Numbered from the whole stretch's first letter, positions 1 through 12,060 are shown. The stretch is DNA of 61,808 bases, filler included, from Choristocarpus tenellus KU-1152 (GCA_964200185.2; 10 parts of 10 records of this genome joined end to end with filler, not necessarily neighbours in it), one strand, 5' to 3'. Translations and numbers: made by a program. The notes: generated from the sequence alone by a model not told the origin.

Positions 1-7
1 CGTTTGT

Positions 8-333
8 GGGTCAAAGTATCTGGAGGGGGGGGGGTGGTTTGTGAGGGGGCGTCCGTTTCGGTCAAACTATTTTTTTTTTGCTGACATTTCAAATCCGACA
101 CGTGCGACCAAATCACACCAAAAAAGAAAACTTCAAGAAAGGGTGAAAAACGGACGCCGACAACCCCCCCCAGATACTTTGAACCTTTTCCATTTGGGAT
201 CAATCTTTTCATGTCGCGATTTTTAGGTGATTTGGTTGCATACGTCCATGGATAATGCAAGTGCACTTTTGCTGGTTATGGCCCAGATGGACACCCTGGT
301 GTAGATCCCCCTCCCTCCCAGATACTTCGGGTC
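8..333. mobile_element. TIR family A copy, composite (reverse copy with a garbled inner copy), inserted in a family C repeat
   Basis: GGGTCAAAGTATCTGG at 8; AGATACTTTG at 172-181; AGATACTTCGGGTC ending 333; flanks TTGT/TTTT. Confidence 0.75.
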
Positions 334-425
334 TTTTTCAAGGGTTGTTCTGACATTTGAATGGGTTTTCATTGTTTTTTCGCCTGACACACTGGGAAAA
401 TGGCAGAGGGCATAATAAAAAAATG
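334..425 (+). repeat. Family C interspersed repeat (SINE/LINE 3'-end-like)
   Basis: GTTTTCATTGTTTTTTCGCCTGACAC...GGCAGAGGGCATAATAAAA matches the reverse complement of the copy at 9725-9890. Confidence 0.65.
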
Positions 426-2083
426 AAGATATAGTATGACATAGTAATAGTACAGAATGTGGAGTGGAAGGCGTGTGCAAATTTGAAATGAGGAATATTA
501 TTATTTTCGCTCTTACCTACTGTTTGCAGCCTCTAGCCCATCCATTCAAGCAGTCATTATATTGGCTTGGGATATCCTTGTTTTTCAACGGGAGTTGACT
601 CAAGGAATCCAAACGGCGGACAAATACAGAGGCAAAATAAAGTGGTGATTGTGTCCAGAGCCGGTGATGGAAGGTGTTGCTACATGCTTGTCCCGTGTAG
701 GGAAGCTTCTCTACAGCTCCAGCCTGTTATCTAACGACAAGATCCTCTTCGATGAGTCCTTTGCCTCAACCACCGATGGGGCACGATTCTTCAGACCACG
801 TAACGGAACTTCTAGCGACTCCAAGGTAAGGCAGGAGAAGACTGTTCGTCACTCGAATCAAGTTGATATGATTTCCCACATGCAGCAGATCTTACAGTTT
901 TCGTCACACAGTCCCGACCTCTTGTGACGTCTCTGTTCTCCCCGTTAGATTAAAATAGTGGTCGAAATCCGGGATCAATACTATTACCATATACTCAATC
1001 TCTCTTGCAGCACCGCACGGATCCGCATTCCACATCATTTTGTGGAAGCGATGATCCTCGTGAGTCGGATCTTTTCTCAATGGGGGAGCGAAATGTCACT
1101 TCCCTCGCAATCCCCGACAAAGTCACGTCTTACCTTCCTCCATGAAGGGGACGAGTGTTAATTACTCAGCCCGTGGCAAAAGGTAATAAAGATTCGATCG
1201 ATGCTTGCAGAGAAATGGAGATATGTATATATGTATATGGTTGGCACAAGTAGAGTCAAGTCAGTTTGGAGAAATCCCTCTATTTTTTTGGATACAGCGA
1301 CAAATATCTACTGCACCACACATCTTGCGAGTCGCACGTTTCAGTTGCGCATCACACAAATCTCCACAATGGAGATACTCAGATGTTGTACCTTCACGTC
1401 GCTTCCTCAAAGATGGCCTGGAAAGCGTGAGGATACAAGTGACTAAGCGTGGAAGGTCAGAAAGAACATCAGATGTATTGTTGAAGCGACTTGAATTAAT
1501 AATATAATATTGTGACAGTACTAAGAAAATACTCCTATTAAAATACTAGTCTTAATTTTTCAGTTGGTAATATATGTATACCTATTGTTTTCTCATGATC
1601 GAAAAATTTGGTGGAGAGTGTGAGGTAGATAGACCTCTGACATGAATTTCAACACCTCTAAATATGTTGTTCAAAGTACGAAGTAGGTTCCTGATATTAC
1701 TATTAGTATGAGGGTTCTTCCATTACTACTGCTTGTAGAGTCAGTGTTATAGCAAGATGTAGGGAGTTAAGTCACCGTACTTCACCATCTTACATGGGCT
1801 AGGCGGGATGGAATGGGTCTCTTGTGGCAAGTCCAGCATATGTGCTTTTCTTTTATGTGGTAAGGGTATGTATTTACGTACTTACACCATGCATTGCTTT
1901 CCACTGCTGTTCAACAAGTGCCTAGGCGGCACCCGCCACCTGTCTTGCAATGTGATAGCACTATTATATAGTGTGTTCCTATCTACGCGATAATATTTGT
2001 GATTCAAAATAGGTTCTGTGCCCCTTCTACCCTTGACCTCTCAAAACTGACATCGTCCTACTACACTCATTTTGCACGCATAG

Positions 2084-5000
2084 GATATGGTACTCATGGA
2101 AGTGCCCGAAGCAGAGCTTCAATACGAAATGTACATGGACATGTTGAACAGTGGGGTGACCCCTCATGTGTTCGGGTTGACCAAAGAGGGCAACGAGGGG
2201 GGGCCATACCTGGTGACGGAGGACCCTGGCAGGTATCCCCCGCTGTCTTCCCACCCGAATCCCCTATCCCCACTCCTCTCGTGAGCACCTCGTCATTGAA
2301 GACCGTGCAATATTGTCGGAGAACGCACACTATTGTGGTGGTCCGAGTACCAACGTACTGATCACGCATCACCAGCTAGTCCTTAGAATGGATTTTCCTA
2401 TTCGGTTTAGATAGGACAGTCACTTCCCAACACTCGAGTAAAGTCAGCTATGTTGCATCTTGGAGATGGCAATTGTCTAATTTCTTTTTTACTGTAGTCT
2501 AATTTCTTTTTTATTGGGTAGACACAAGGGGGAGTATGCACAGGTAAGGTGACCCACATCCTCCAAGATGGATGTACCAGTGACCTTGCCCTAACTCTAA
2601 CCCTGGAATTGCCTTGGCTAACTTTGCCAATTAATATAGGGATCCTCGCATTCTGTTCCACCAAGAGTTGTGCTTATACCCAGTCACGCCCTTGTTGTCC
2701 CTCCTCTACCTTGTTCGTCCCTCCACTATCAGGCCCCTGAGGTCACTTATCAACGAGACCTCTCAAGAAGGGGATGTCACTACACTGGAACATGTCTTTT
2801 TTGAGGTGATGCACTATCAATAGGGTTGGTTGGATCATGTCCAGTTGATAATGCACATCCCAAGTTGAAATACATGATTTTTGTTTTGTTCTCCAGGACT
2901 GCTTGGGTTGCATAAAGTTATGCTACTGATAGGGCCAGTAGGTTGTGAATATCAATTGTACAGCCGCAACAAGTGGTAAAATTCAACCAAAAATGTTTTC
3001 ATGTATTCTGTATGGGTTTCGGTTTATTGCAAAGTGTGTGTTGCAGCATAGGGTTCCAGAACTAGGTGCCCTTGATGCACTTGGCAAGGCTACAGGCAAC
3101 TCTTTTTATGACCCTACCCACCCTTTCCCCCTTGCCAATGTTCCCAAGACTCTGATGGCATTGAAGGTCGGGCACAACCATGGACGCTTCCATGGCTCAG
3201 TGAGAGCTGAGAATGTGTTCATCCAGCCTATCCCTCATTTGCCCAATAGGTTCAAGGTCTTTCTTGTTGGGTGGGGATCAATGTATTCATACGGCAATGT
3301 GAGTTCAGAGTGGGGTTGTTGGACTGAGCTATTGCAACTACACAAGGTCAATTTTTATGTGTAAGAAATACAATCTGGAGCCAATCAGTGAGTAATAAAC
3401 CTGACCTGTTGGATGGTTAAAGGATAATTTAACAAGCTGAAGCATCCACTCCAATATGCCCATATGTGGGATAAATGTAGAGTATGAATCGACAGCAAGT
3501 ACTCCAGTATTTTATATCACGGGATTGACCTTGGTGCATTGCAAACACACCTGGGTGATACACCGATGCAGATGACCCAGTTGCTTCATATGGTAAGCCA
3601 TTACATGAGTTGATATTACACCCCCACTCACCCAGTCCCACCCACTCCCTACAACAGGAAGACTACGAGGAAAAACATTTTGTTGCCCACAAGTGGGCTA
3701 CACTGGATGGGGTTCACAGTCCTGATGAGGTGAGGAAGAAGGTAATGTTGGGAATAGTGGGAGTTATTCTTGTGGTGCATTTAGCTGTTTCCTGTTTACA
3801 GTATTTGTTGAACCATAATATGTACCAGTGAAAACAGGATAGGTTGATATGTAGGAGAGGGCGCTAGGTGCATTGTCTGCAGGCCTAGGTATCACACACA
3901 TGGATATTCAGGTCATACCATTAGGCAAGGGGTTAAGTGCATTGATGATGCCCTGCCTAACAAACACTACTATGACAATGAGGAGGATAATTTCATTGCC
4001 TCAAGAGTGAGTTGCCCTGACAGGTTTCGTTTCCCTGATGAGGTAAGGGATTTATCCTTGGAGAAGGAGTGGAGTCAATCTTGTAGTGCTTTGATGGCTT
4101 CCTGCTGGCAGCATTTGCCAACATTGCAAGAATGAACCCCCCCTTATAGGCAATCTTCCTTACCTCATCAGGGTCATGAATCCTGTCAGAAGGAGAGCAT
4201 ATGTGCATGGGGTGTAGTGTCAACTCACTTAGTGACTTGCCCAATGTGACAATTGGATCATCCATGTATGTGTGTCACATGAGTATACTTACTGTGCACC
4301 TGGTGCCATCACTGACAATGTCCAGTCCTGTGGTCAATAGTACATGCTGTGGATTGATAATCCATGTTCATACCACTTAACCCCATCTGTCTGGACTGCC
4401 TGTGCTCTTCGAGAATATGCAGACACCTACGAATTTGTTTTGTACGGGTGCAATAGTGCCTGATGGCAAGTTGGCATCCCTGACCTGTCTACTTATGTTT
4501 GATCTGTGTATATTATTTGGTGCCTGATGGAGATGGTAGAACTGTAATTTTTTCTGTAGTCTGACTTGGGCTGTACCTGGTATGTATATCCTATGCATGA
4601 GTTAACTGGGAATGTGTGCAGTGTCTTGTTCATCAACAGTCCTGAAACACGCTCTTTAGCATATCTTGAGCATGAAGTATCATGTTCTGTGGAATTGTAT
4701 ACACTGTCCTCACCCTCTACTTGCCCATATGCTACTGTTGTTCAATAATGTTAACTTGGTTATTGACCAACAGCGGGTAGCCATCATTGACAGGGTGTGG
4801 AAGGAGGAGGCCAACCCCTCGACCTTTGACGCTGAGGCAGCTGATATGTGGGGGTTCATGGCCATGGTCATGGAGGCCTTTGGAGCTGCTGACCAAGTTG
4901 GTCCCATGGGCATCGCCGCTGGAACAGGCGCCAAGCAACCCCCTGCCATGCCCTCAGGTAAGCCCTTGGCCTGTAGCAAAAGCCACTAAGCAAGTTTTGT

Positions 5001-5149
5001 TCTCAGTTTTTCTACTCCTATTAATCACACGCATTACATTCCATGCCAGATCTTTGGAAGCTTCTTGTGGGATTGAGTCAGAAGCCAAACAACAGGCCAA
5101 CCCGTGAAGATGTGGAGGCCAATCACTGGGTGTGCAGATGGGCAGACAA
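2084..5149 (+). CDS. Spliced protein-kinase-fold gene, probable pseudokinase (5' end and 3' extension unresolved); exons 2084-2232, 2733-2805, 3149-3298, 3658-3741 (or -3729), 4774-4957, 5050-5149
   Basis: All joins are GT-AG and phase-consistent. The joined protein gives kinase subdomains in order: YLVTEDPGRPLRSLI (V), VFFETLMALKVGHNHGRFHGSVRAENVF (VIa/b), KVFLVGWG (VII), GVHSPDE (VIII), AADMWGFMAMVMEAFG (IX), DLWKLLVGLSQKPNNRPTREDVEANHWV (XI). Confidence 0.75.
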
Positions 5150-5620
5150 GTGTGTAGCCCTGCCTTCTTCCCCTGGTACATGGCGGGCAGACATGGATGG
5201 CTTTTTAGGGGTGAGCACTTGAGGGTGTATTGTTATACTATTAAGATATTTCTAAATCGTGCATCAACAGTGTGGTTTTTCATTAACATAATGTGCTGTG
5301 TACTGCTGTAGTATCTCTAGAAATGATTGCATAATGCAGCTAGATGTATTGTATAGGGAGTTTGATATGTGATCCTCTAGTGATAGTGCTGATGAGTAAT
5401 GCATGCAGTTTGAGAAGAGGAGTGACACGTGTGGAATCTTGCACTTGACCCAGTGTTGACTATTAATTTGCTTTGCTCATGGGCTCAATGACATGCGAGT
5501 GAAAAAACCATCTCCCTGATTGTGATGATAGTTTGATACAACATTTCATTTAGGCATTCAATTCGCCACATCCCATTTTGACTTCATTGGTGCAAAACAC
5601 TGGATGTTGAATCAATCCAG

Positions 5621-6675
5621 TATCGAAAGGTGTCAAGTTGGGGGGGACCCAATCACCCTGTGCCAAATGCAGCAACTGTACACTGCGCCAATGCCACTGA
5701 TGTTGGTGAGGTGGAGGATGATGCATGGGAAGAGGCTTCATCAGGTTTGGAGAGTGAGGAGGGAGAGGGAGAGAAGGAAGAGGGAGAGGGAGTTTGGGCA
5801 GGAGGGAGGAAGGCAGTGGAGGAGGCAGGGGTCACCCCTGGACTGCGAGTGGTGTCTCTAGAACAGGTATGATGTACAGGTGGACTATTTGGCATTTGCT
5901 GGGTTACTTGCGTAACAATTATTCTAACCACTATTTCCCCCCACCAACACCTACCTCTCCCTGGTGATGCACATATGATTATATGGATTATCAATGCTCT
6001 ACTACTGGGAGGTAGGCATTTTTGGGAGGTAGTACAGTTCTGCCATACAGTATTAAGGCACCACGCAATCAGGATCAGATCGCTGTAGTTGGTTCTACGG
6101 TGCAGGGATAAAGTTTGTAGCAAGGGAGTACAATGGAATATTCATCCATACTCTAGAGGCGTTCCTTCCTTCCAAAGGGCTGATGCAGGTAGTTGGGCAG
6201 TAATGAAATTGTTTTGCATTGTGCATAACCTCTGTGTCAGAGCAAGCTGTAGTTATCTGCTTTTTTCCTTGGTGAATCCTGATCCTGATCCACTGACTGT
6301 CCCCCACCACCACCCCCTTCTGTACAACCTTTGCAGAGTGGATCTGGGGAGTGCGCCAAGGCTCCAGTTGCAGTGTCCTCCCACCATGCACCCTGCGTGA
6401 AATTTGCTGGCAAGATGAAGGGAAAGATAGCCAGGTTTGCACCCTGTGTTCGATTTGGGATCAAAGATGGGGGTGGAGGTGGAGACACAGGTGCGTGCAA
6501 TGTGTCCGCATTGGATTGGGGTGTTGGTACAACAGGGTTAAAAGCAGAAATGACCACAGAGGAGGGTGTAGCAGAGGTATCTGAGGTCCCTCTGAAGGCA
6601 AGGGGCAAGAGGGCGAGGGAAGAGGAAGAGGAAGATGGAGGAGGCAATGGTGGGAAGGTGCCATGCAGGAGGTGA
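5621..6675 (+). CDS. Probable low-complexity acidic/Gly-rich exons (about 5621-5866 and 6337-6675), possibly the C-terminal tail of the kinase-fold gene
   Basis: Coding-like Glu/Gly-rich frames bounded by CAG acceptors and a GTATGA donor. Phase linkage to the kinase exons is not resolved (G-run at 5640-5646). Confidence 0.35.
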
Positions 6676-9600
6676 GGAGGGTGTGTGTGTGTTGCCTTTG
6701 GTCCTGTTTGATCATCTGGTCATTCTCCTAGTGTTTTTTTTGTGTTTTGATATTTTAAGGCTACATTGTAAGGGCTTGTAGATAGGGCCCTTGATATTGG
6801 TGAAGAAATCTGCTATTGAGATCAACACTAGAGTGGAGACAGAAGTAAACCAAGAGGAACTAGAAACTATCATTCATTACTCCTGCTTATAATTGTGCCA
6901 TGTGTAAATTGGATATGTCTGAACTGTTCCATACTCTACAATACATTCCCTCAAGAGTGGCTTGAGCCACAAATAGATCAAGTATCCATTACAACTCATC
7001 TGTGATCCTCCCTTTTGTGCCGCAGAGAATGGCGTGCAGCAAGTCGTGTGGTTACTCCTTGGGAAGCCTACGGCCTCAACAGGGCAAAGAGTGGTTCGTT
7101 ACTGAAGAACAAAGTCAGATAGGAGGGCCATTTGGAGGGGAGGGCCAACAGTGTGTTGAAGATTTGTGAGTGTGAACTAGATGGTCAATTGGTTCCCTTC
7201 AACTCCTCCCTTTGTTGCCTTTTTGTAAAGTGGGATCTCCCAGGCCAGCCACCATGGCACCCATGTCCTGGCATTGGTGCAATGTGCCATTTTTCTCCTT
7301 GAGATTACATTTAAAATGATGTATGGGGAGATTGTTGCTCACTTTTTTTGTAGATTTTTCCCATGAGATTTGCTTGTGCTCAGCAGTGATGTGATTTCGC
7401 CTACAGAGTGTAGCTACTCTGCGTCGTCAACAATGGATAATCACTGCAATGTACAAGGCTTGGTTGTTGGGCGTCACTGGTTGGGGATATTTTGTATATT
7501 GAATGAGGTTGGTTGAGAAGACGGCAGTAGAAAGAGGTTGAACACATGTACTTTGCCCTACAAGTATGACCCATCTACATTTTTTGGTGTCAATGAAAGA
7601 TAACCTCTCTTGGTGTTGCTTGGAGTAAGATTTCCTTAAGACCAAGTCTATTGTTGAGGGGGTTTGAGGACTGGTCTGGATGAAGGTTCTTGCTTGTTGG
7701 GACTGGTTGTAATCTTGTGTGCAAGGTTGTAGCGGAGTAATCAATGCTCTTGGTCTTTTCATACACTAAGGACTCAAGTGCAGCAATTTTGTTGCTCTCT
7801 TGGTAGTGACTGTAAAGCAGCAGTGATACATATTAATTGGTATGTGCTGATTGCTCATTTTTTGCTTTTTTGTTACCTGGTTGCTTTACGGAATGACTTC
7901 GCCCTTGGTCCTTTCATACATTGAAGACCAAGGTTGATGGTGTAATTTGCAATATTGGGTTTCGGTGGAGGGTTTTTGTGGTTTCAGTGATGGACTGATG
8001 TTGTGTATGTACTTATGCCACACAATGATGTCTGCCGCTTGTTCTGGACCCCTGCCCATGTTAATATTTTTCCATGCATGTGGCAGAGGTCAAGTGCTAC
8101 ACACTTTTGAACCTTGTTCAAGGTTATGCATATGTTGACATTTATTTTCTCTTTTGTGAAGTCAATTTATTTCCAGTGTTTCAGTTTCCTTCTGTAAATC
8201 CCAATACAACTGCTGATTTTCTGGATTTAATAAGAACACTATAAAATGACTTATCTATCAACCATGGCTTTCTGATATGGTTGATTGAACCCACTTCTTT
8301 GTACAAAATGGAATGTCAAGGAATAGGGTGTAGTGTGGAGTGGTCACTTCAAACTTCTCCAACTGCAAACCCCATTTACTTGAATAGTATATATTTTTGT
8401 CAGTAATAGAAGTGCTAATAGACCATTAGTTGTTAAGGCTTTGGGTCAAGAATAGATACAAGTCAACGAGGTGGATTAATGGGTTGGTTCCCAATTTCTC
8501 TGGAGTATATCTGGGAGCTGGCACTTGATATTTCTGCTCACTAACACTGCCTCTCATGGTCTTTCCTAATGGTGACATTTTGGCTCTACTTAGATGGGCT
8601 GATTTGACTCCTGACGGGTATAGGCTATTGTTGCAGAGAAGGAAAACGAACATGCAGATCCCATTTATTTTGTGTAAGAATTCATTGAGTTTAAAATTGT
8701 GAGAACAAATTTCAAGGCCTACATCATCTTGATATTAACATTGAAGTACATGAAACTTACAATCAACATACATCATACATACAATATTCACATTTTTGTT
8801 ACTTATTTTTTATAATTCTGAGGGTGATATGATTATATAGATGATCACACCATATGCTGCACCATCACACTATCACACTGTAAGAACATAACTGTACAGT
8901 GCAGATAGACAGTCAGCAAACATAGTTAGCAGGTGCCTTTTATTTTATTTTTGGGACTGAGCGATAAAGGTGGGAAGTTTTTTTTGTCAAGTAGTGAGGA
9001 AAGGGGATAGGTGAATAAGAGGAAAAGGTTGCATTTTTGTCAGAAAAGTAACTCCTCAAATGCTCCTCCTGAGGACATTGAGAATGCAGAGTGTTCTTAG
9101 ATTAGTATGATGGGAGCAAGGTGAGAGAGACCTACTTTGAATTCTCAATTTGATTTGAGGGGAAGCGTAGTGACGGTGACAGTTATCGAGCCCATCAAAT
9201 CACAGAAGTCTGCCAGGAGGTCATTAGTGTGGAAGTGATATTTCAAAAGTTCATTTCCCCCATGAACTAGAGACCGAAAAAGGATGTTATCTCGCTGCCA
9301 AAATAGGGAAACCTCCCTTGTACTTGAGTTGTATTCCCTCTGTCCTCAATGAATATTTGCCACTACGAGCCAGATCTTTACACCTATATCCTTTTTTGTG
9401 GTTTAGCACAAGATAGTATGGTACAAGGTGTACCTTCCCAATGCTCTTGTTGTCATGTTGCTCAACTAAGTCAAATTCCTCGTGAAGAAAATTTGGCAAC
9501 GGGGGTTCGCATGCTGGCACTCCAGCCTGTGACAGAGTATGGCGGAAAATCCTGAGCTACTCGAACAAGGTCATACGCGTTACACATCCACCCACATAGT

Positions 9601-9724
9601 ATGGTGACAGATTTGAATAATGCGGTATGGCTTTTACACGCAAAGTCATGTTTTAAATTCGGCGCGACCTTTCTTTTTTTTGGTCGATTTAGCTTTGGTT
9701 TTGTCCCTATACAGATGTAGAGTA

Positions 9725-9890
9725 GTATTTTATTTTTATTCTTATTCTTATTCTTATTATGCCCTCTGACATTTTGCAGATGTTTCAGGGGAAAAACCAA
9801 TGAAAACTATTCACATTTCAGAAAAAAATCCCAAAGAAAGTAACGGCTGTCAACGTGAAAGACATACGATCTATTTTCTATTTTACTAGA
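9725..9890 (-). repeat. Family C interspersed repeat, longest copy, with (AGAATA)n-like tail
   Basis: TATTATGCCCTCTGACATTTTGCAGATGTTTCAGGGGAAAAACCAATG preceded by TTATTC repeats; near-identical core at 31255 and 57695. Confidence 0.75.
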
Positions 9891-10396
9891 GTGGTATCGA
9901 ATGGAGTGGAAGTTAGGATAGGGAGTAGTGAGTGTTCACTGTATCTGCAACAAATACATAGTACATGCAACCAGACCAAGACAGCAAACAACAAAGATAT
10001 CGAGTACATCCATGTCTGATGCCACTAGAAGAGGAGGGTTCTTCACTACAGCTCTCTCCCTTCACACAGAAAAATTGTAGCACCCAACCACCATCTGGCA
10101 CTAAAACTACTCAAAATAGCCATCGTTGAGGTGGTGAACGTCAAACGAACTCCGACAGAGGGCACCGGAGAGTGAAAACCCGTTGAAGGACCCCGATTCC
10201 GCAATTTATCAGGCCAATGGTTAAGCATGCCCTTCAACAAAGAGAGACCGAAAAACCCTTCATGAAGCCAGCACCAAAGTCTCCTAGAGTCCTCCTACCG
10301 TAACAAGGAGGAAGAGTTCTATTTGTGAATGGGGGGAGGGGGGGGGGGGGGGGGGGGGGGGGGGAGGAGGGGGGGGGGGGGGGGGGGGATTCAAAT

Positions 10397-10496
10397 NNNN
10401 NNNNNNNNNNNNNNNNNNNNNNNNNNNNNNNNNNNNNNNNTTAATTAATTAANNNNNNNNNNNNNNNNNNNNNNNNNNNNNNNNNNNNNNNNNNNN
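10397..10496. other. Artificial contig linker N44-TTAATTAATTAA-N44; also at 13081-13180, 19794-19893, 23025-23124, 27469-27568, 36128-36227, 40450-40549, 49311-49410, 57100-57199
   Basis: Identical 100-nt structure nine times; the 12-mer gives stops in all six frames. Confidence 0.98.
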
Positions 10497-10830
10497 GGGT
10501 GTGACTGAAAATCAGTAATGAAGGGGGTTCGCACTGGTTGGCCATCAGATGTGGGGGGTGTGACTGAAAATCAGTATTGAAGGGGGTTCGCACTGGTTGG
10601 TCGTTGCAAGGGGGGAGTGACTGGAAATCAATGATGGAGGGGTCGCACTGCTTGGTCATCGGATGTGGGGGGTTACTGGAAATCAGTGTCGAAGGGTGTT
10701 TGCACTGGTTGGTCATCAGAGGTGAGTGGTGGCTGTAAGTCAATGGCGAAAGGGGTTCGCATTGGTTGGTCATCGCAGGAAGGGGAGGTGACTTGAAATC
10801 AGTAGTGAAGGGGTTCACACTGGTTGATCA
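10497..10830. repeat. Diverged tandem repeat (minisatellite), unit about 58-60 bp, about 6 copies, cut by the contig start
   Basis: Recurring GTGACTGAAAATCAGTA(A/T)TGAAGGGGGTTCGCACTGGTTGGTCATC plus a G-rich linker. Confidence 0.9.
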
Positions 10831-10944
10831 CAAATGGTGGTACAATGGGGAGGAGGGCAATGGGTGGAATGTATACGTAGGATAAAATAATAATATTGCA
10901 GAATTCGTGAAGAAAACAATGTATCCTTATATATTTCGTTTTTT

Positions 10945-11180
10945 TTTTTACATTTCGCATACTTGTCAGGGGAAAACCAATGAAGTAGCAGTTGTCGTAC
11001 ATGTGAACATCTTTATATCATCTATTTACTATTATTCTATATATCATGTTTTTGACATTTTGTAGATGTATCAAACGAAAAACAAATGAAGAGTCATTAA
11101 ATATATCAGAAAACCCCCCAAAAATTAACAGTTGTCGTAGATGTGAAAGACATTTTTCTATCATCTACTACTTTACTACC
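10945..11180 (-). repeat. Two tandem degenerate family C copies
   Basis: TCAGGGGAAAACCAATGAAG...CAGTTGTCGTACATGTGAA and GACATTTTGTAGATGTATCA...CAGTTGTCGTAGATGTGAAAGACAT resemble 9760-9890. Confidence 0.6.
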
Positions 11181-11287
11181 ACCTATGCTACACCACTCCC
11201 CTCCTATGTCTCCAACTTAGCTTAGCCCTACACCCTCAGACGAAGGGGTAGGGAATCACCCCAAGAATCTGACAGACTCCTCCTTGC

Positions 11288-12060
11288 CTATCTCCCTGGT
11301 GTCTCCAGATCAAAATGCATGACACGTCTTGATAGAGGCATTTGTATTGTGACGAATACCATCTGGTGTAAACGGGACTTGACAGTTTCTTTCCTGCTGT
11401 AGACTCCCGCCCCTCTCCCCCCTACCGCGCATGTAGCCAACTCATCCAGAAAACCTTCTGATTGCTTACTCACCCAAAGTATCTGGGAGGGGGGGAGGGG
11501 GTCTACACCAGGGTGTCCGTTTGGACCAAAACCAGGAAAAGTGCACCTACATTATCCATCCAGCGTATGCAACCAAATCGCCCGAAAATCGTGACATGAA
11601 AAAATTGACCCCAAATGGACAGCCACCACCCCCCCCAGATACTTTGAGCCTACTGAGGCACCCAAAACTTTCCACTGCGAAGGTATTGAGGTTATAACTA
11701 CGAGGGTTCTTTTGACCCTCGTAATGGGTGTGCTTTCGTGCCTTGGCTGCAGCAGCAGCTAAGTCATTAATAGTAGATGAGTGTGGCAGATGGAAAGCTG
11801 CTTGCACTCCTGCAAATATGACATATAGGAGAAGGCCTTTGTCTCGGTTGGGGGCTGATCCGGCGTTCGCAAGTGCCTCAGCATGGAAGACCAGATCCAT
11901 ACGGAAATTCCTGTCCACTGTGAATGGGCTACCATCCTCCATAGTGCAAGGGATGCCCATTCCTTTGCAGAGTTGACCTAGACGCTTCACCATTGGTGTG
12001 CGTTGGCGGACCTCTTCTCCTGCCCTAGGGCAGGTATGAGCATGTCTAGTCCATGTTTTG
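11288..12060 (-). pseudogene. C-terminal zinc knuckle plus restriction-like endonuclease of an RLE-type (CRE/R2-like) non-LTR retrotransposon, interrupted by a family A element
   Basis: HAHTCPRAG, FRMDLVF, LLLYVIF, AAAAAKARKHTHY, FAVESFGCLS. Removing 11471-11650 and one TSD restores the frame into KQSEGFLDELA. Confidence 0.8.
11471..11650 (+). mobile_element. TIR family A, complete 180-bp non-autonomous copy with perfect 4-bp TSD (TACT)
   Basis: TACT|CACCCAAAGTATCTGGG...CCCAGATACTTTGAGCC|TACT; inner inverted pair GTCCGTTTGG/CCAAATGGAC. Confidence 0.92.

Noticed and set aside
38-181. Apparent nested or hairpin double family A element
   Set aside because: The inner sequence looks like a blend of both orientations following a G-run, so it is likely a consensus artefact; not treated as biology without reads.
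10331-10390. Long poly-G; also poly-T 19894-19936 and C-rich 43275-43450 giving poly-Pro ORFs
   Set aside because: Low complexity at contig ends or gaps, where sequence is unreliable.
10441-10452. Palindromic TTAATTAATTAA repeated nine times
   Set aside because: Always centred in exactly 88 Ns: a concatenation linker. ORFs ending in X...LIN are artefacts.
10497-10830. CRISPR-like array
   Set aside because: Units diverge throughout, the variable part is only about 12 G-rich nt, there are no unique spacers or cas genes, and the context is eukaryotic.
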